Shown piece by piece: positions 35,517 through 49,567 of a stretch of 64,000 bases of DNA (position 1 is the stretch's first letter; every line of letters begins with the position of its first letter). The stretch comes from a virus (Duplodnaviria > Heunggongvirae > Uroviricota > Caudoviricetes). The stretch covers positions 20,000 to 83,999 of the IMG/VR virus record IMGVR_UViG_3300013902_000001; one strand, given 5' to 3'. The notes under the pieces are model-generated. The model worked only from the letters and a program-made list of their open reading frames with translations. It did not search any database and was not told the origin of the DNA. The translations under genes were made by a program, and so were the position numbers.

Positions 35517-38252
35517 TTAAACACTATCGTATTTATTATAAATAATTGAACAATTACTAGGGATTCCAGCAGAGCTTTTTGATACAATATTCCACGCAGT
35601 CTAGTTAGCTTCGTAATAAATCTGTGTTAAATTTGTGCCCGTAAAAGCGTCTGCCTCGATAGAAGTAACAGTAAGTGGAATAACAATGGATCGTAATTTG
35701 GATCCATAAAAAGCTTTACGTCCGATAGTTGTAACTCCTGTCGGAACTTTACAATAAAGAATGTTACTGCCATTAAACATACCATTACAAATCTTTTTAT
35801 ATTCAAACCCGACGTTGATACGACCGGAATAATAAGTGGAATCTGAGCCTGTACATAAGTTATCATAATAAATTTGTTCAGTAGATGTTGATATTTCGTC
35901 GGTATAAGCAATTGGCACCTGATTATATACTTGACCGTATACAGTAGTGCTTCTCCAAGATTCTGATTTTGAAATTTTCCACAATATTTCTTTTCCGGAT
36001 CCATTTGGAGCATAATACGCCATATACTGCGGATATCCTCTTAAAGGCAAACTCCATGTGTTAAATGTATATTCATATCTGCGATTTGTATTATATATCG
36101 TACCTTTAGCCACAGTTGTCTGATTGGACCCGTCATATTCCGAAGAACTGCCCCAATAACAGCTTTTTAATTTCCAAAAAGAACCATCTCCAGTTTCCTG
36201 ATATCCACCAGGTATTACAAAATGGGCTCCCATGGTTGTATATAAAGGTATAAATGTAGCTTCAAAGTGAGTATCGTCTTCTTTTAATGACGCTTGTAAG
36301 GTCTAGATATACAGATCCTTATCAGGAATATCTGATTCAGAAGCTTTTTGTAGTTCAGAAATATAATTGTTTGCAATATTTTCCCAATTATCAGGAAGTA
36401 GCATGATTCCGCACGTATAATCATATCTTCCTTTCTATGCCGCAATGGTTACTCCGATAATTATTGCACAAATTATAACAATTCCTAATACAAGAAATGC
36501 ATTTGAAGCCGCTCCCGCACCTACTCCTTCCCAGCTGGTAAATATTTCCTCAGCAGCAACTGCTGCTGGTTTTTGTGTATACGAAAAATATTTTAATATC
36601 CAGAGATAGTTACTCAGCCATGAAATAAAATACCAAGCAGCTATACCACCTACTGTTGTACTAACAGTAGATGTTATTAATAGTTTCTATGAAAACTCAT
36701 AACAATTCGCGTAAAGATTTTCATTATACAACCCATAATCAACACATTTTATTAACTTAGCGTGATTTGGACGTTTATTAAACAAATAATCTAATTCTAC
36801 ATCATTTAATGTGTGCCACATATTAGACATCTGAATCTCGTTTCCATCTAAATCAAATCCTGATTTTGTAAATTTTTGTGCAAAATCTATAAATCTTCCA
36901 TTTTGATCTTTATAATGTTTTAACATCGCGTTGGCATTATCGACTAATGATTCTGTTACAGTCACTTTATTATTAGAAACCTATATTGGGTTTTGTTCAA
37001 AATAAACTTTTCTCCCTGATCCTACAGAAAACCCTTCTGTAGTATTATCCACAGTAAAAGTGAGTGTTTTTACTTTAATTTCTTCAACTTCATCAATATA
37101 TTCAATTAAGATCGAATGTTCCGGAATAGCTGTTGAAAAAGTAGATATTCGAGAACATTGTTGGGTTTCTATATTTTCAGGCTTATTAAAAGCATGAATT
37201 CCTTCTAAGATTCGACTCTCAATATTTAATTTTTTTATAGGTTGTCCTTTCACAGGAATTTCTATAAAAGTTATTTTTAATTTAGGTTTCTTAACAAATA
37301 TTTTTCCAGAAGCGTCGTACTAGGCATAAAATTTACTATAATATCGTATAGATATTGAAACAGAATCATCTTTATCGAAGTACGTCGGATTATACGTAAG
37401 CCATGAAATTTCCGGAGATTCTTCTACATCGTTAATATAAAACTTATTTTTACTTATTGGGTCTGTAGAACTTTCTGAACCAAAAGTTTCATTTGCCACT
37501 TGAAGAAATGTCGGTAAAATACTTAAAACGACTGTTTTTTGTGCCGTGGCAATAGACGAATTATTAATTGGAACCAGATCAGAGTATTTTACCTATTGAC
37601 TTGATTCGTAATCTGATTTATTATAAAGTTTTAGTTTTAAATCCTGACTAAGATCTCCTGCTGCGATTGTTTGAGTAGATTTTTTATTAATTTTATTACA
37701 TCCAGTAGTTACATCAATTCCTGATAAATTCAATGCTTCTTCTGTAGTAGAAATCCAATTTGATGTTGTAAACTAAAAAGAAAGAGTCTTCACAGGCTGC
37801 ACAACAGTATCTATTTGGCTCATAATTTGAATTACAGCATTAGTTACGTCCCCAGTATACCCAAAATAATATTCGGCGTTATCGAATAAATCTTTGAAAT
37901 TAACAACGTTTATTTCATTCGCTTTAAAATAATAAGTTCGATAATAACTATCTGACTTTATTACGTAATAACTCCCTATAACATCATCTGCGTTACCATC
38001 TTCTATTTCTGCCTTATTAAATGATTCCCCCTCATCTGGAATAATTAATACAAAATATAAATTCTAATCGGATGAAGAAGTAATTCTTATATTATAAGAA
38101 TTAGCATCGGTAACCCTAACTGCAGTCCCTCCCTTATACAATGTTGTAATGTCGGAAGTATAATTAGGTATTATATAACCATAAACAATATCGCTGGAAC
38201 TTGATAATCTATATGCAATTGGATTAAATGTAGAAAATGTAGGTGCGGCCAT
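35517..38252 (-). CDS. Fibre/receptor-binding-like protein with lectin-like domain and C-terminal BspA-type LRR, 911 aa (code 15)
   Basis: The frame was read by hand for most of its length and only TAG interruptions were seen. Motifs: WHTLNDVELDYLFNKR, GIMLLPDNW, FVIPGGY..YWGSS, and VPTGVTTIGRKAFYGSKLRSIVIPLTVTSIEADAF. Confidence 0.7.
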
Positions 38253-39073
38253 TAGTTTACTTTCTTAATTAAATCCTTTAACACTCTTAAAATTACTACA
38301 GTCAACTTAGCATAATCTAAGGACTTGAACCCATCAGCATCAGTGGATACTATTTCAGGAAAAAATTCCTCTACTTCCTGAGCAATCATTCCCATTTGAT
38401 CTTTAGCTCCTTCTTTATAATCGAACAAAACTGTTTGACATTTATCGATTAAGTCATAGCATTTGTTAAGATTGAGGTCTCGAAGGTTAGTTTTCTTTTT
38501 AATGTCTGAAGTTTGGAAAAAACCAGTTTTTGCGTTTACACTACCAGCTTTACTGACATAAACCTTGGTTCCTAGATAAATGTTAGCTAAATTAGCATCT
38601 CCAAGACGAAGCATAGGCTATCCACCTCCATTAATAAACATGAGAATGGAGAGATTTGACGTATTAGTTCCTGAATCCGAGCAGGTCATAAGATTAACCG
38701 TATTTGAACCGCTTGCACTGCTCGTAGATAAACTATAATTAATAAGAGCCTTAGACATAGTCAAATCCCCAGTCATAGTATCCCCAGATTTTTTTACATA
38801 ATCCTGATCAGAAAATGCGGATAATAAAACCTAAGTTGAAATGGTAGATCCATTAGCCAGTAATAAATTATCGTCCGCATCCCCACCTAAACCCGTCACC
38901 TTAAACCCCTTAGCAACAGCATACCCGTTAACTTGTAACGGGTTGCTGTCACTAGAAGTTACAGTTGGTATACTACTTAACTCGGAAGAAGTTCCTATTA
39001 ACAACTTCCCATCGTTTATAAAATTACCGTAGCATCTGCCACTTATTAAAGTCGTATTTCCTAAAATTGCCAT
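38252..39073 (-). CDS. Tail fibre/spike protein with Peptidase_S74 intramolecular chaperone domain, 273 aa (code 15)
   Basis: TSDIKKKTNL..GMIAQEVEEFFPEIV..DGFKSLDYAKLTVV..LIKKVN. Confidence 0.8.
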
Positions 39074-39074
39074 A

Positions 39075-42000
39075 TTAATCGTTATTTATCAGTAATGCAC
39101 CAGCTGTCAAATAATCATTAGTTTCCTCATCATATATTTCTATAGAAGTGTCATCCCATCTATTACTTTTAGCAGACTGTTGTATCCAGTTTCTTTCATT
39201 ATAATTCTGTGTTCCTTCACTTGTAATAAACGTATATAAAGTTCCAGAACGTCCTACGGATATAAATAATCCTTTATCCATTGTACCCGTTAGAATATCC
39301 TCAACGTCTTCTGAATTTTGTATTAAACCTGATCCTACAGCCTTTTCTAAATCAATCTGTAATTTGTTATTGTCTACAATAGCTAAACAGTCATAAGTTT
39401 GACTGTGTGAACTGAATGTGTCAAACGGCGTACTATATAATATGGTTGGATTGTTATTAGCACGCATATCAGGATCTAGAAAATCATACCCGACTCCAAT
39501 ACTAATTAGAGAATCGGAACTAAAATTATTCCAGAGTGGTACAATAATTACATTTGTTGAAGTATCTGGATATATCAAATTAATAGCCCCATCCCAACTA
39601 GTTGCCTAAACCGCATCATATAAAGGAGCCTATAAAATAGGAACTGCATAATAATTATCCTAGATTGCACGAGGTGTATATCCTGGATAGAATATTGGAG
39701 CATTTAGCTCGGGTGCTTCATAAGAAAAATCTATAGAATATGGAGCACCATTTATATCAATATGTAAGCGTTGACATAATCCGTTCGTAGCTGCCCATTC
39801 CTCAGACAATAATAGCTCAATCCAACCTAAATAAACGTCTATATTTTCAGCCATCTGTATTTGTGTGAAGTTGACTTTAATAGTTGAATTACTAGTAAGA
39901 CTTGTAGTGGTTGAATCGTAGTCTAATGTTACTGTCATACCACGTTGGACATAAACATATTTTCCATCAAAATTCGAACACGAATTAATCACAACTTTTC
40001 CTGAAGATGTTCTATCGACTGCAAAAGCACAATATATTTGAATATTAGTGCTGCCCATTTTTATAGCCTCTGGCATCTGTTGATAATTACCATACTGAGA
40101 TAAATAATCCGTTGTAGGTAAATCCATACTGTCAGATATAGTGTCTTCTAACTCTTTTTGATATCCCTTAAACTATACTGGAGATTTTGATGCATTATTA
40201 CCTGCATACATTGCCCTGGATCCAGAAGAATTTAAAATACTATAAACCATCAACCCTTCAAATGGGCAAATTACCAAATTTGAATAAGCATTTCCTGATA
40301 TTGTCACCGCATAACTAGGCATTGTAAAAGAACCATTATCTGATCCATATGAATCATACGATTTATATTCAACAGTTGTGTCTGATGTTTGAACAATTTT
40401 TAAATTGCACTCATTGTATCCCGAATTAAAATCAAATTTCCAATATATAAGTTCCCCACTAAATGCCCAGTATGCAGCAGATTTAAGTGAACTAATTGTC
40501 CCTACCTTCATAGTTCCACCAGAAATAGTACCTATTGAAACTTCGTATTTATCTGTTTTGCTAGTACTTACAGAAATTGTAACATCTGTATTAGGCATAT
40601 AGAACACATTATTATCAATGGTTACTTGCGAACTGCTATATTTAGATAATGAGAAATAAAATCTATGACCAGTATCTACCTCAATGTAACCTCTTGTAAA
40701 TACCAACGTAACCATAGTTCCAGCAGCAACTTTAAATCCTGTAGTGTCCAGCTTTTTATTGTTTGCTTTAATTGTATAAGACCCGCTTGGAATAGGATTG
40801 GCTAGCTTAATAGTATAATATTCAATTTTTTTAGCCTCTGCTGTAATAGTTACATTTGAAGCAGGCATTGTAAAGTGTCCTCCCCCTGTGTGTAAAATTG
40901 TGGTAGATTCTCCTTCAATGGTAACATAAAAATCGGTATAAGAATCATCTGCGTTTATATTCCACCAAACTGTTGTACCTGAAGCGACCCATAACTCTTG
41001 CTCGTTACAATTTCCTTCTGTCAAACCTACTTTTGGACTACAATTAGTAGAAGTTTCTATACTCACTTTATATAATTGCGTGTAAGTATATTCCCAAGTT
41101 AAACTACAGTCTTTCGCAGGCATGGTAAACTAATTATTACTAATTGTAAATCCAGTGGGTGTCCAAGATTGAAATGTATTAATAAATTGTTCTGAATTAT
41201 AAGCATATGCAGAAGATTTGTAACCTAATGTTACAATATTACCCGCATAAATTTGAAATGTTCTAGTCGTAGAACACCGATATTCTGATCCATTAATTAC
41301 TATCGTGTTGAACTATACCGTAACCTTATTGTTATTCTATTTTGCAGGGGGAATAACTGTAAACGTATACTTAGGCACCTAAGTTTTTTTATAGGCAACG
41401 TCTAACACCACATCGTGTTCAGGCATTGTAAATTGATTATTTGTAATAGTTACTCCTGCTGTTTGTGTAATTTTCAGATCCAGTGAATAATCTACATTAT
41501 CCGTTATATATTTACTATTCGGGTCAGTTTCAGTTGTTTTATACCAGCTTACTAGATAATCATAAACACAATTATATACTACAATACGTACAGATTTATT
41601 AAAAGTATGGGTAGTTGCTTTTGGCCCCGTATAGTAAAGATCAAACACGTCTACAATATTCCCTGAAGTATAAGCGTGATGTATGTCGGCATCGGGGCTG
41701 AATGAATTCTAACTTATATCATAAGCAATAGCACAAAATCCATTGAATTGCTTAGCACCCCCCTAACTCTCTGAAAAATTACTTGGAGTAAAAGTGTAGG
41801 TTCCAGCAGATAACTCAATCAGTGATTCATAGTAAAAAAACTCGTATTTTACAGATGTAAAAGTTAACTATCCATTATATTTTTCAATGTCAGAGCTGTT
41901 AAACTTATCAAAAGTATAAGTATAAGGGGTTCCATTTTCTGTTACTTTATAACTACCGGTGCATGATAAATTTATAATTGATTCGGCTCTAAATTTAGCA

Positions 42001-44189
42001 ACATCTGTTGTTTTAGTTAAAGTATTATTATTTACTTTAACTGTAAATCCAGATTTTAAATTAGAAGCTAGCTTAACACTATAAAGAGTAGTATTAGCAC
42101 TATAAAAATTTCCTTTTCTGACTCCAAATTTCTTAATCTGGACCTTCTAATCTTTTTTCTCAGCTGGAGTATAAACCTCCTCTATTCTTATATTATCAAA
42201 AATTATAGGACTTCCACTATTATTGGAGTATAAGTTAGGTATAAATCCCATATATTTAGCATCCCATGGTATATCAACCCAAGAAACTCCTCTACCATCC
42301 CACATTTCATCAGGTTTACCAAAATATATTTCGAAAGTTTTCCACTATTTAATAGGGAGCATATTTTTAGAAATAGGGTAATAAAATTCACTTCCGGCTT
42401 CTGCTTCGCATATGCGAGTATTTTTAGCATACGCTTTTGGTAATCCCGTATGTAAGGTAATCACATTTCCAGTAACATTGGTAACTAGACCTGTTTTAGG
42501 TGTTGAAGTCCAAACATCATGATAACTTTTATATACAGAACTTCTAATTCCAATACCTCTATAACTGCCTCCAGAAGTCCATTTAGATGCGTCTGTTAAT
42601 GTTAATTTTGTCGCACCTGCTGCAGCATCTTCCGCTAAGGTTGTGTTTGTCCCAGGTGTATACCAAACCTTATAAGCAGACAATTTGGAATCATCAGACT
42701 CATTTATATAGTAAGGCAATGCCATTAAGAACTTATCAATCTTGCTACCATCTGCCCAAATTCTGCAAGATAATTTATATCTGGATAACGGATTAATAGG
42801 CATTTTAGGCCCAACAATCTATTGACTCGAAGCAGTGCTAGTAGTACTAGGCTATATTATAGCATTCCACCCCTCTATATCATACCCCTGATCTCCACTA
42901 ATCCATTGATATTTATCAGGTAATGGCATATTAGTATCACTGCCATCACCATTTAAGAAAAGATTTTGAGAGTCTATTTCTGAAGTATAAACGCGCTCGT
43001 CTTTCACTTTCACAGATCCAGGCATAGCACACCAGTCAGTAATACCAGTGTCAGTTAGTTTGCAGTAATTAATATAGGCTATATACCAGGTGACGTTTTT
43101 TGTGTCTGGACAGCCTGTGGAATTGGCATGAACAGCTAAATGTCCGATTGACTCAGGTGTGCCAGAGGATCCTATTTTATAAGTAAAAGTGTATTCTTCA
43201 TAATTACCAGTTCCTTGATAGGATGTTGGGGCAATTTCCCCGCCAGCAACTGAATTATTATGACACTCAATATGGTATCCTATCGGGATTTTAGCAACTA
43301 TTTTTTCAACAATTAAATCACCATTATTCGGGGCAAAATAATTCACAATTCCACCCAATCCTGGACTAGGGGTAGTGCTCGTAACAGCAGTCTTGACCTA
43401 TAATACATACTAATGTTTCGGATAAAACGGGCTAGATGTATCTATTACGCGCTTTTTAGTAACTGTTCCACTGCTCGCATTATCGTAAATAGACAACTTG
43501 TCAGACTAATCAAAATAGCAGTCTTTTCCTTGATATCCTACAGAATAAGCAGTCATTCCGTCGCACTCGATAAACTCATGGGCATGTGCATAAGATTTCT
43601 TAAAACAGACTTTCTAAATCCACTCTCCTAGTGGAAATAAAACTACTTCTTTTACTCCGTATAAGTAAAACCAATCCGGAGTTGAAAACTCGTTTAGTTT
43701 AGTAATACATCGTGCATCAGTCAATCCTTGGCCTTTTAATAACTTATACAGAAAAGTAACATCAGTTACTACTACATCCTTAACAGTCATCTTAGCTACT
43801 TTCTTAGTTACTACGGTTGTTCCCTACTCGTATTTATGATAAACGCTACCATAACCCCAGGAACCCTGATTAGGGTAAGACCACATAGTAGTAGGTGTAA
43901 AAAGACCTTTATGCTCAGTTTCTGCGGTTCCGTTTACAGTTTCCCAACTTCCAGCAATTCCCATTCCATCGGCATAGTAAAAAGCAACCTTATTAGGAGC
44001 CTAAGAAGCATTAGCAGGATCGGAATAGCTGTATTTAAAAGAATAATAATAAGTATGCTCTGGGATTAACCATTGTGAGTAGTTAAACTGAGTTCCATAA
44101 ACCCTCTCAGAGCTAGATACAGATTTTCCATTTTTTACCAAATTAGTAAGGTAAAAACTCCCATATTCAATTACATTAGCACTTAACAT
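39075..44189 (-). CDS. Large fibre/adhesin-like protein with five F-x-MP beta-repeat (InlB B-repeat-like) domains, 1704 aa (code 15)
   Basis: Seven fragments from 44189 to 39075 are in frame; repeats FTMPEHDVVL, FTMPAKDCSL, FTMPASNVTI, FYMPNTDVTI and FTMPSYAVTI. Confidence 0.7.
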
Positions 44190-44190
44190 A

Positions 44191-46086
44191 TTAAGCCATT
44201 ATTTCTAAACAACCTGTAGTTTTATTATAAGTTATGGTGGAAGAACCTAAAGTGAGCGTCGGACTCGTTGGTGTCTAAATAGATAGATTTCCACTCATCG
44301 TATCACCGGACTTTTTGACGTAATCTTGACAGTAAGCAATTTCTTTCCACGATGACCACTTTAATTCTTTTGTTTGATCTTCTATATAGCCCCCGCGGAA
44401 GTACATGCGAGCATTGGCATAATATACAGTAACAATCTGATTAACGGAGTTAGCATCTTTATAAGCCCTTAAAGAAAATGCTAATTTCGTTGGACAATTT
44501 TTCAGGGTTTCTGCAAGAGCGTTTAATGGACAGTAATAAAATCCAGGAGTTGTTATATTATTTAAATCACTATTTTCCTCAATTTTTATTGCTTTATTTG
44601 GTATTTGTCCAGAAAGATCAGATAAGGCAACCACCTTTTTCCACGTGCTTGTAAGACGCTTCGTGTCTGTATTTAGAGTTCCAGCCCGAAAATATAAATC
44701 ACTGTTAGAATAATTAGCGTAAATTTGGAGTTTAGTGTCTTGATGCCCGTGTACTATCAAGGGTCCATACCCAACGTTACATGGAAGATCAGTTGTAGTG
44801 CCTGTATCGGAAACCTTATAAAAGCCAGAAGAAACAATATTATTAACACTGCCTAATTTGCCAGTCTGTGTCTGATCGTACAGCCTCAAATATCCAGCAC
44901 TATCATCATCCGCCCAAGCTATTCTTTTCCAGGAAGAGAGGTTCCAAGCTTGTTCTTGAGTGGTTACTGTAGAACTAGTATATGTTGGATTTCCTGCTCT
45001 GAAATATAAATTATTAGTTTTGCCCTAACTGGCACCGAGAACATCATATGCTAGTTGTCCAACGAGCGTGGAACCATTTTGTCCAAAGGCACATCCAAAT
45101 TGAATTACACTGCCATATAAAAAATCAGATGGCATGTTTTTCCATAATGAGTAATTATTATAGTTGTGGTATTGTATTAGAGCTGATCTGTTTAGGAGAT
45201 TTGGGTTATAAACATCATTTGTAGTAGCAGAAGCTGAGGATTTATCGTTAAAGCCAATAAATTCCTATAAATATGTAGCATACCCACTAATATTAGCACT
45301 AATAGTATTATTACTAGTATTTAACTTAACTGCACTATCATAATACCCTTCACCTACATTATCTCCCTTCATTAAAAGAGGATATTCTCCAGTTGTTACT
45401 GCAGTGTGTAAGTCTTCGGGTGCGGGAGTCCAGTCGGTGGCTTTGTTGCCTTTCTCTAACTTCTGCTTCTTAACCTGCAATGTCAAGCCTACTGCGTCTT
45501 TATCCTTGCCACTATCCTTATCATACTGGCGCAAATCACAACGTATGTAGGTGGCATCCGCGGGGGCTTTCGCTGTTATGGTGGTATAGCCCTCTGCGCC
45601 AGGCATTATCTTGACATCTTGATTACCAAATTGTTTGAAACTTGTCTTTGTAAAGAACGTTAGATATGCTCCATAACTTACCGTGCTATCCGTAGGAACT
45701 TTAACATAAGCACGATATGTATAAGTTGCATTGGGCTCTGCAACTACCTGACCAACATTATAACCATAATTGTTCGTTGTTACTTGTTTCAGTTCTTTGC
45801 TTGTGCCTGTCAGCAAGTTTCTCCCACCTATCTCCAAGTTGTCTAAATCGTTACCTAACTTCAGTTCTTCCCAAGAAGCATCTGCAGTCTCAGTACCTAC
45901 AGCAGTGCATTTATAGATAGTACCATTATCATAAACCAGCATACCTATTTTACGGCGAGCAAACGGAATATCACCTCTTTTTGCTACCATGTAACCACCC
46001 AATCCATTCGAGTCTTCGTGAGTTGGGTAATTAGAATTTTGAGGAGAAAACATCCCCGGAGTTACTATTTTTGAATAATCTGCCAT
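44191..46086 (-). CDS. Tail fibre protein, 631 aa (code 15)
   Basis: GGRNLL..KLEKGNKATDWTPAPED module plus three knob-like repeats (NNLYFRAG, SDLYFRAG, ARMYFRG); TAA at 44191. Confidence 0.7.
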
Positions 46087-46087
46087 A

Positions 46088-49000
46088 TTATACTTTTACT
46101 GTATAAGTTGAAGTTCCTGATAAATTGCCTAAATATACTACTGTATAATTTGTTCCGTTTTTGCTAACGGAAGTTCTAATATTACTAGAATCTACTTCTA
46201 CAGGGCCCACAGTTGTATTTAGAGTTTTCTTATTAGTCCACCACCCTGTTTTAATTACAAAATACAAATTAGTAGCGGAACTAGTACTTGTTTTAATAAA
46301 TGTCTTATTATTAGTATCGGACTGCCAAGCATACAAATCTCCAGTAATATCGGAATCAGCAATATTGGCTAGCGTTTTTGATGAATAAAATAAATTCATA
46401 TAATACCCCGGATTAGCAGTAGCACTAACTGTTTTAGATTTAGGATATTTATCGGTAACCGTAACTGATTTCTAAATTGAGCTGGTTTGTTTAGTAGTGA
46501 ACGTAGGTGTATATGACCGTGTGATGGATTTTCCACCATCCCATGAGATAGTATTTATCTCTTTACTACCATTAGTTATATACGCTGTGTAAGTAAGTGT
46601 GGGGATAGTGTTATATTCATATACGCGTGGACTAACTGAAGCCGAAAGCCCAAATTCAACATATGGATACAACAACAGATCAAACATCTCTTTCATAGTT
46701 TTATTCTATAAATTAGTGTCAGGCCCTATTCCACCAACAGTAATAGTAGGATGAGCACTGTTATTATACAAATCCCCTTCCTCAGGAGCAACACTCCAGT
46801 CTGTGGGGACGGAACCTTTTTCTAATTTAACGTTTGAAAAATATATTGTCGTACCTTTTGTAACTTCTTTTAACCTGATCAATATTAATGATATGGTGAT
46901 ATTATCCTTTTCTGCATTTTGATCATCTAATTTCCATGTTATACTGTATTTCTTCCATGTGGTTGTTAATGGTATATTATATGTAGCCCCATCTACTATA
47001 TTACTATTTGAATATCCCCATGAACTTGTAGTTCTACTTGTTAATCCGCCAGTTGTTGCTTGTTTAATATTATAAAAATGATGTGCTATTTTTCCCCCTT
47101 TACTATCCGTAATGTTGGTACTTGATTTGGCATAAAATGAAACAGTTACATATTCGCCGTTTGCAAATTTGCCATTTAAATCATCACTATATGTTATATC
47201 AAACAACCCATTACTTGGTGCATTACTTGTGGGATATGTACAACTATACACTGGGTTGCCAAGATAACTATCAGATGTTTTTGTCGCATTACTCCATTTA
47301 TTTTCTTTTAATAAATTCCTCCCTCCGACACTACCTTTATTCATTGTAATGGTTCCATTGCTAAGAGTTAATCCAGTAACCACTTCCCCAGAAGTTCCGT
47401 CTTCTATATTAGCAACACTACCTGTGTCTCCTTTAATATTCCCGATATATTTCCAAGTTGCTGTAGATGCATTACCTCCAGTAACACACTCGTAAATATT
47501 ACAAGTATCTGTATTATAGTATTTATCTTTGGCTAAAGCAGCAGTAATTCCAGAGGAAGTAAATTTAGTGCCAGTAGTATTAGTTCCTGTAATAGCCGTT
47601 CCACTATACCACTTACTTCCATCCTATCCGCTAGGAATACCGAAATTAAAAGTGCTATTATTAAAATTAACTGTAGGATCGGCAGATGCATCTAACTTAG
47701 TAGCAGTTGCGTCTATTCCTTTAAGTGTTGAGCCGTTAGCCATGAGGAACTCGGAAGAGGTGCCTCCAGGAATTATGTATCCGTTAGCGAATATTTTATT
47801 ATTAAACGTTATAATAGTTCCGGTATCTATTTGTTGAATATTATACTTAGTGTTTAATACAAGATTATGAACGTCAGGAGCAAACACATTATAGTAACCT
47901 TCATATAATATCCTATTGTTAGTACATTTACCATTGCGTGATCCATCATTTTCATTAGAGTCACTAAAAGTCCAGAAGTTTGTATTACCAACTTTCACTT
48001 TATACCCCTTAAAATCATAAGTAGCTTCATTATTATAAGGATCTCGCATCCAGTAAACTTCGCCTTTGTAAGTATTTGTATAAAATGGAATTAAATATTG
48101 AGGATCTATATCAATTAGAAATTGTATGGCCAAACCCAAAGTAGTCGGCTCATAGCAATACGCCATGATCGAGTCATTTGGATATAAATCGGATTGTTGA
48201 ATAGCTGCATATAAATCAATACCTGCTATTACTGAGTCAGAATTATCTACATGCGTGTGTATCCAAAGTAATGGCTCTTCTAATCCGAAATCTATGACGG
48301 CAGATTTGTTATCATCTGGAACACTATTTTTAGAAATTACCTTCCAGGTTAACTCCATTCTTTGACCAGTTGCTTCAATATTAAAATTCCCACCATCCTT
48401 CACTTCTGCATTTTCAGAAAATGTCCACTCAGTTGACCATCTATTCTTTTTCAACCCATACTTCACCTCACACAGCTGATCACCGTAAACCAAAATACCA
48501 TTTTCGCTCAGAGTATTGTTAGTAAGAGCTGTAAGATACAACTTATGCTCTTCTGTAGTTGCCACAATTAAATCAGAGTTAACTGAAGAGGGCTCGTAAT
48601 CCGTCATGCAATACTACCTGCCTGGAACTAGTCTGTTCTAAGCAATAAGTACTAACAGCTTATTGTAGGTTACATTCTAAATTCCAGGAAGATATAATCC
48701 TTTTTTAAGTTTTAAACGTGGCTCTTTTTCTGGCAGATTATCAACATTATATACCGGATTACCAGAATCATCCTTTTGTATACTTCCAGAGTAATCGTAA
48801 TCATACTCAAAAGGCATCCATTCCGAGATCCTAACGTTATCTCTCCAAACACTTAAACCTAAAGTATATTTACGAGGATCTATATTTTTAATTTTGAGCG
48901 ACTCCTACTCCTCCTGCAAGTTACTTAATGCAGTTTGCAAAGTCTCCATCAAGTTCTGCACTTTAAAAAACTGAGTATTGCCAATCATTCGATTAGCACT

Positions 49001-49456
49001 ACCGGCATCAAATTGGATGTTGAAAGTGTAAAGCGGTAAATGCTAAGGGTTCGATTCAAATTGTTTAGCTGGTACAGTCCAACCATTTAATTGATTATGG
49101 CCAAATCTCCCTAAAACAACATAATCTCCTTCCTTTAGCACCCCTTTTGGAGCAGTAATATAAACAGTATTTGCTCTACACTACATTGAAATGCCAAAAA
49201 GAATATTTTTTGAATCAAAAAAAGGTTGATCCTAAATCCATAATACGTTTGTTCCAGTTATAAATCTCCCCCCATATTCAGTGGCATCTCCATCCTGAGC
49301 AGTAATGTGGACAATTGATTTCTATGTAACACCTAAAGATTTAGAATCATCTGTCAAATTATCAGCAGAAACACTTGATGTTTGATGATAGTTTTTTGAA
49401 GTGTTCTTTTTAAATAGTTTAGATAAACCTAAAGTTTTAAAGAATTTAATTGCCAT
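46088..49456 (-). CDS. Tail fibre-like protein, 1122 aa (code 15)
   Basis: ATG 49456; joins fragments 47624-48607, 46706-47383, 46472-46696 and 46088-46399; contains ITYNKLL..LVPGR[TAG]YCMTDY and a GGRNLL..KLEKG..TDW..APE module. Confidence 0.7.
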
Positions 49457-49461
49457 AATAT

Positions 49462-49501
49462 AAAAAAATTAATGAACACCAGAGCCCAGAGGACTCTGAT
49501 G
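49462..49501 (-). terminator. Probable terminator hairpin
   Basis: CATCAGAGTCC-TCT-GGGCTCTGGTG followed by TTCATTAATTTTTTT. Confidence 0.5.
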
Positions 49502-49567
49502 CTCACACAAACACCGGTCTCAATGAGACTCGCGCATTTAAAAGTCCGCCATATAATGACGCGACTA

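Noticed and set aside
49040-49065. tRNA T-loop-like GGTTCGATTC
   Set aside because: It lies within a coding region with no acceptor or anticodon stems. I could not identify any tRNA, including a suppressor, in this window.
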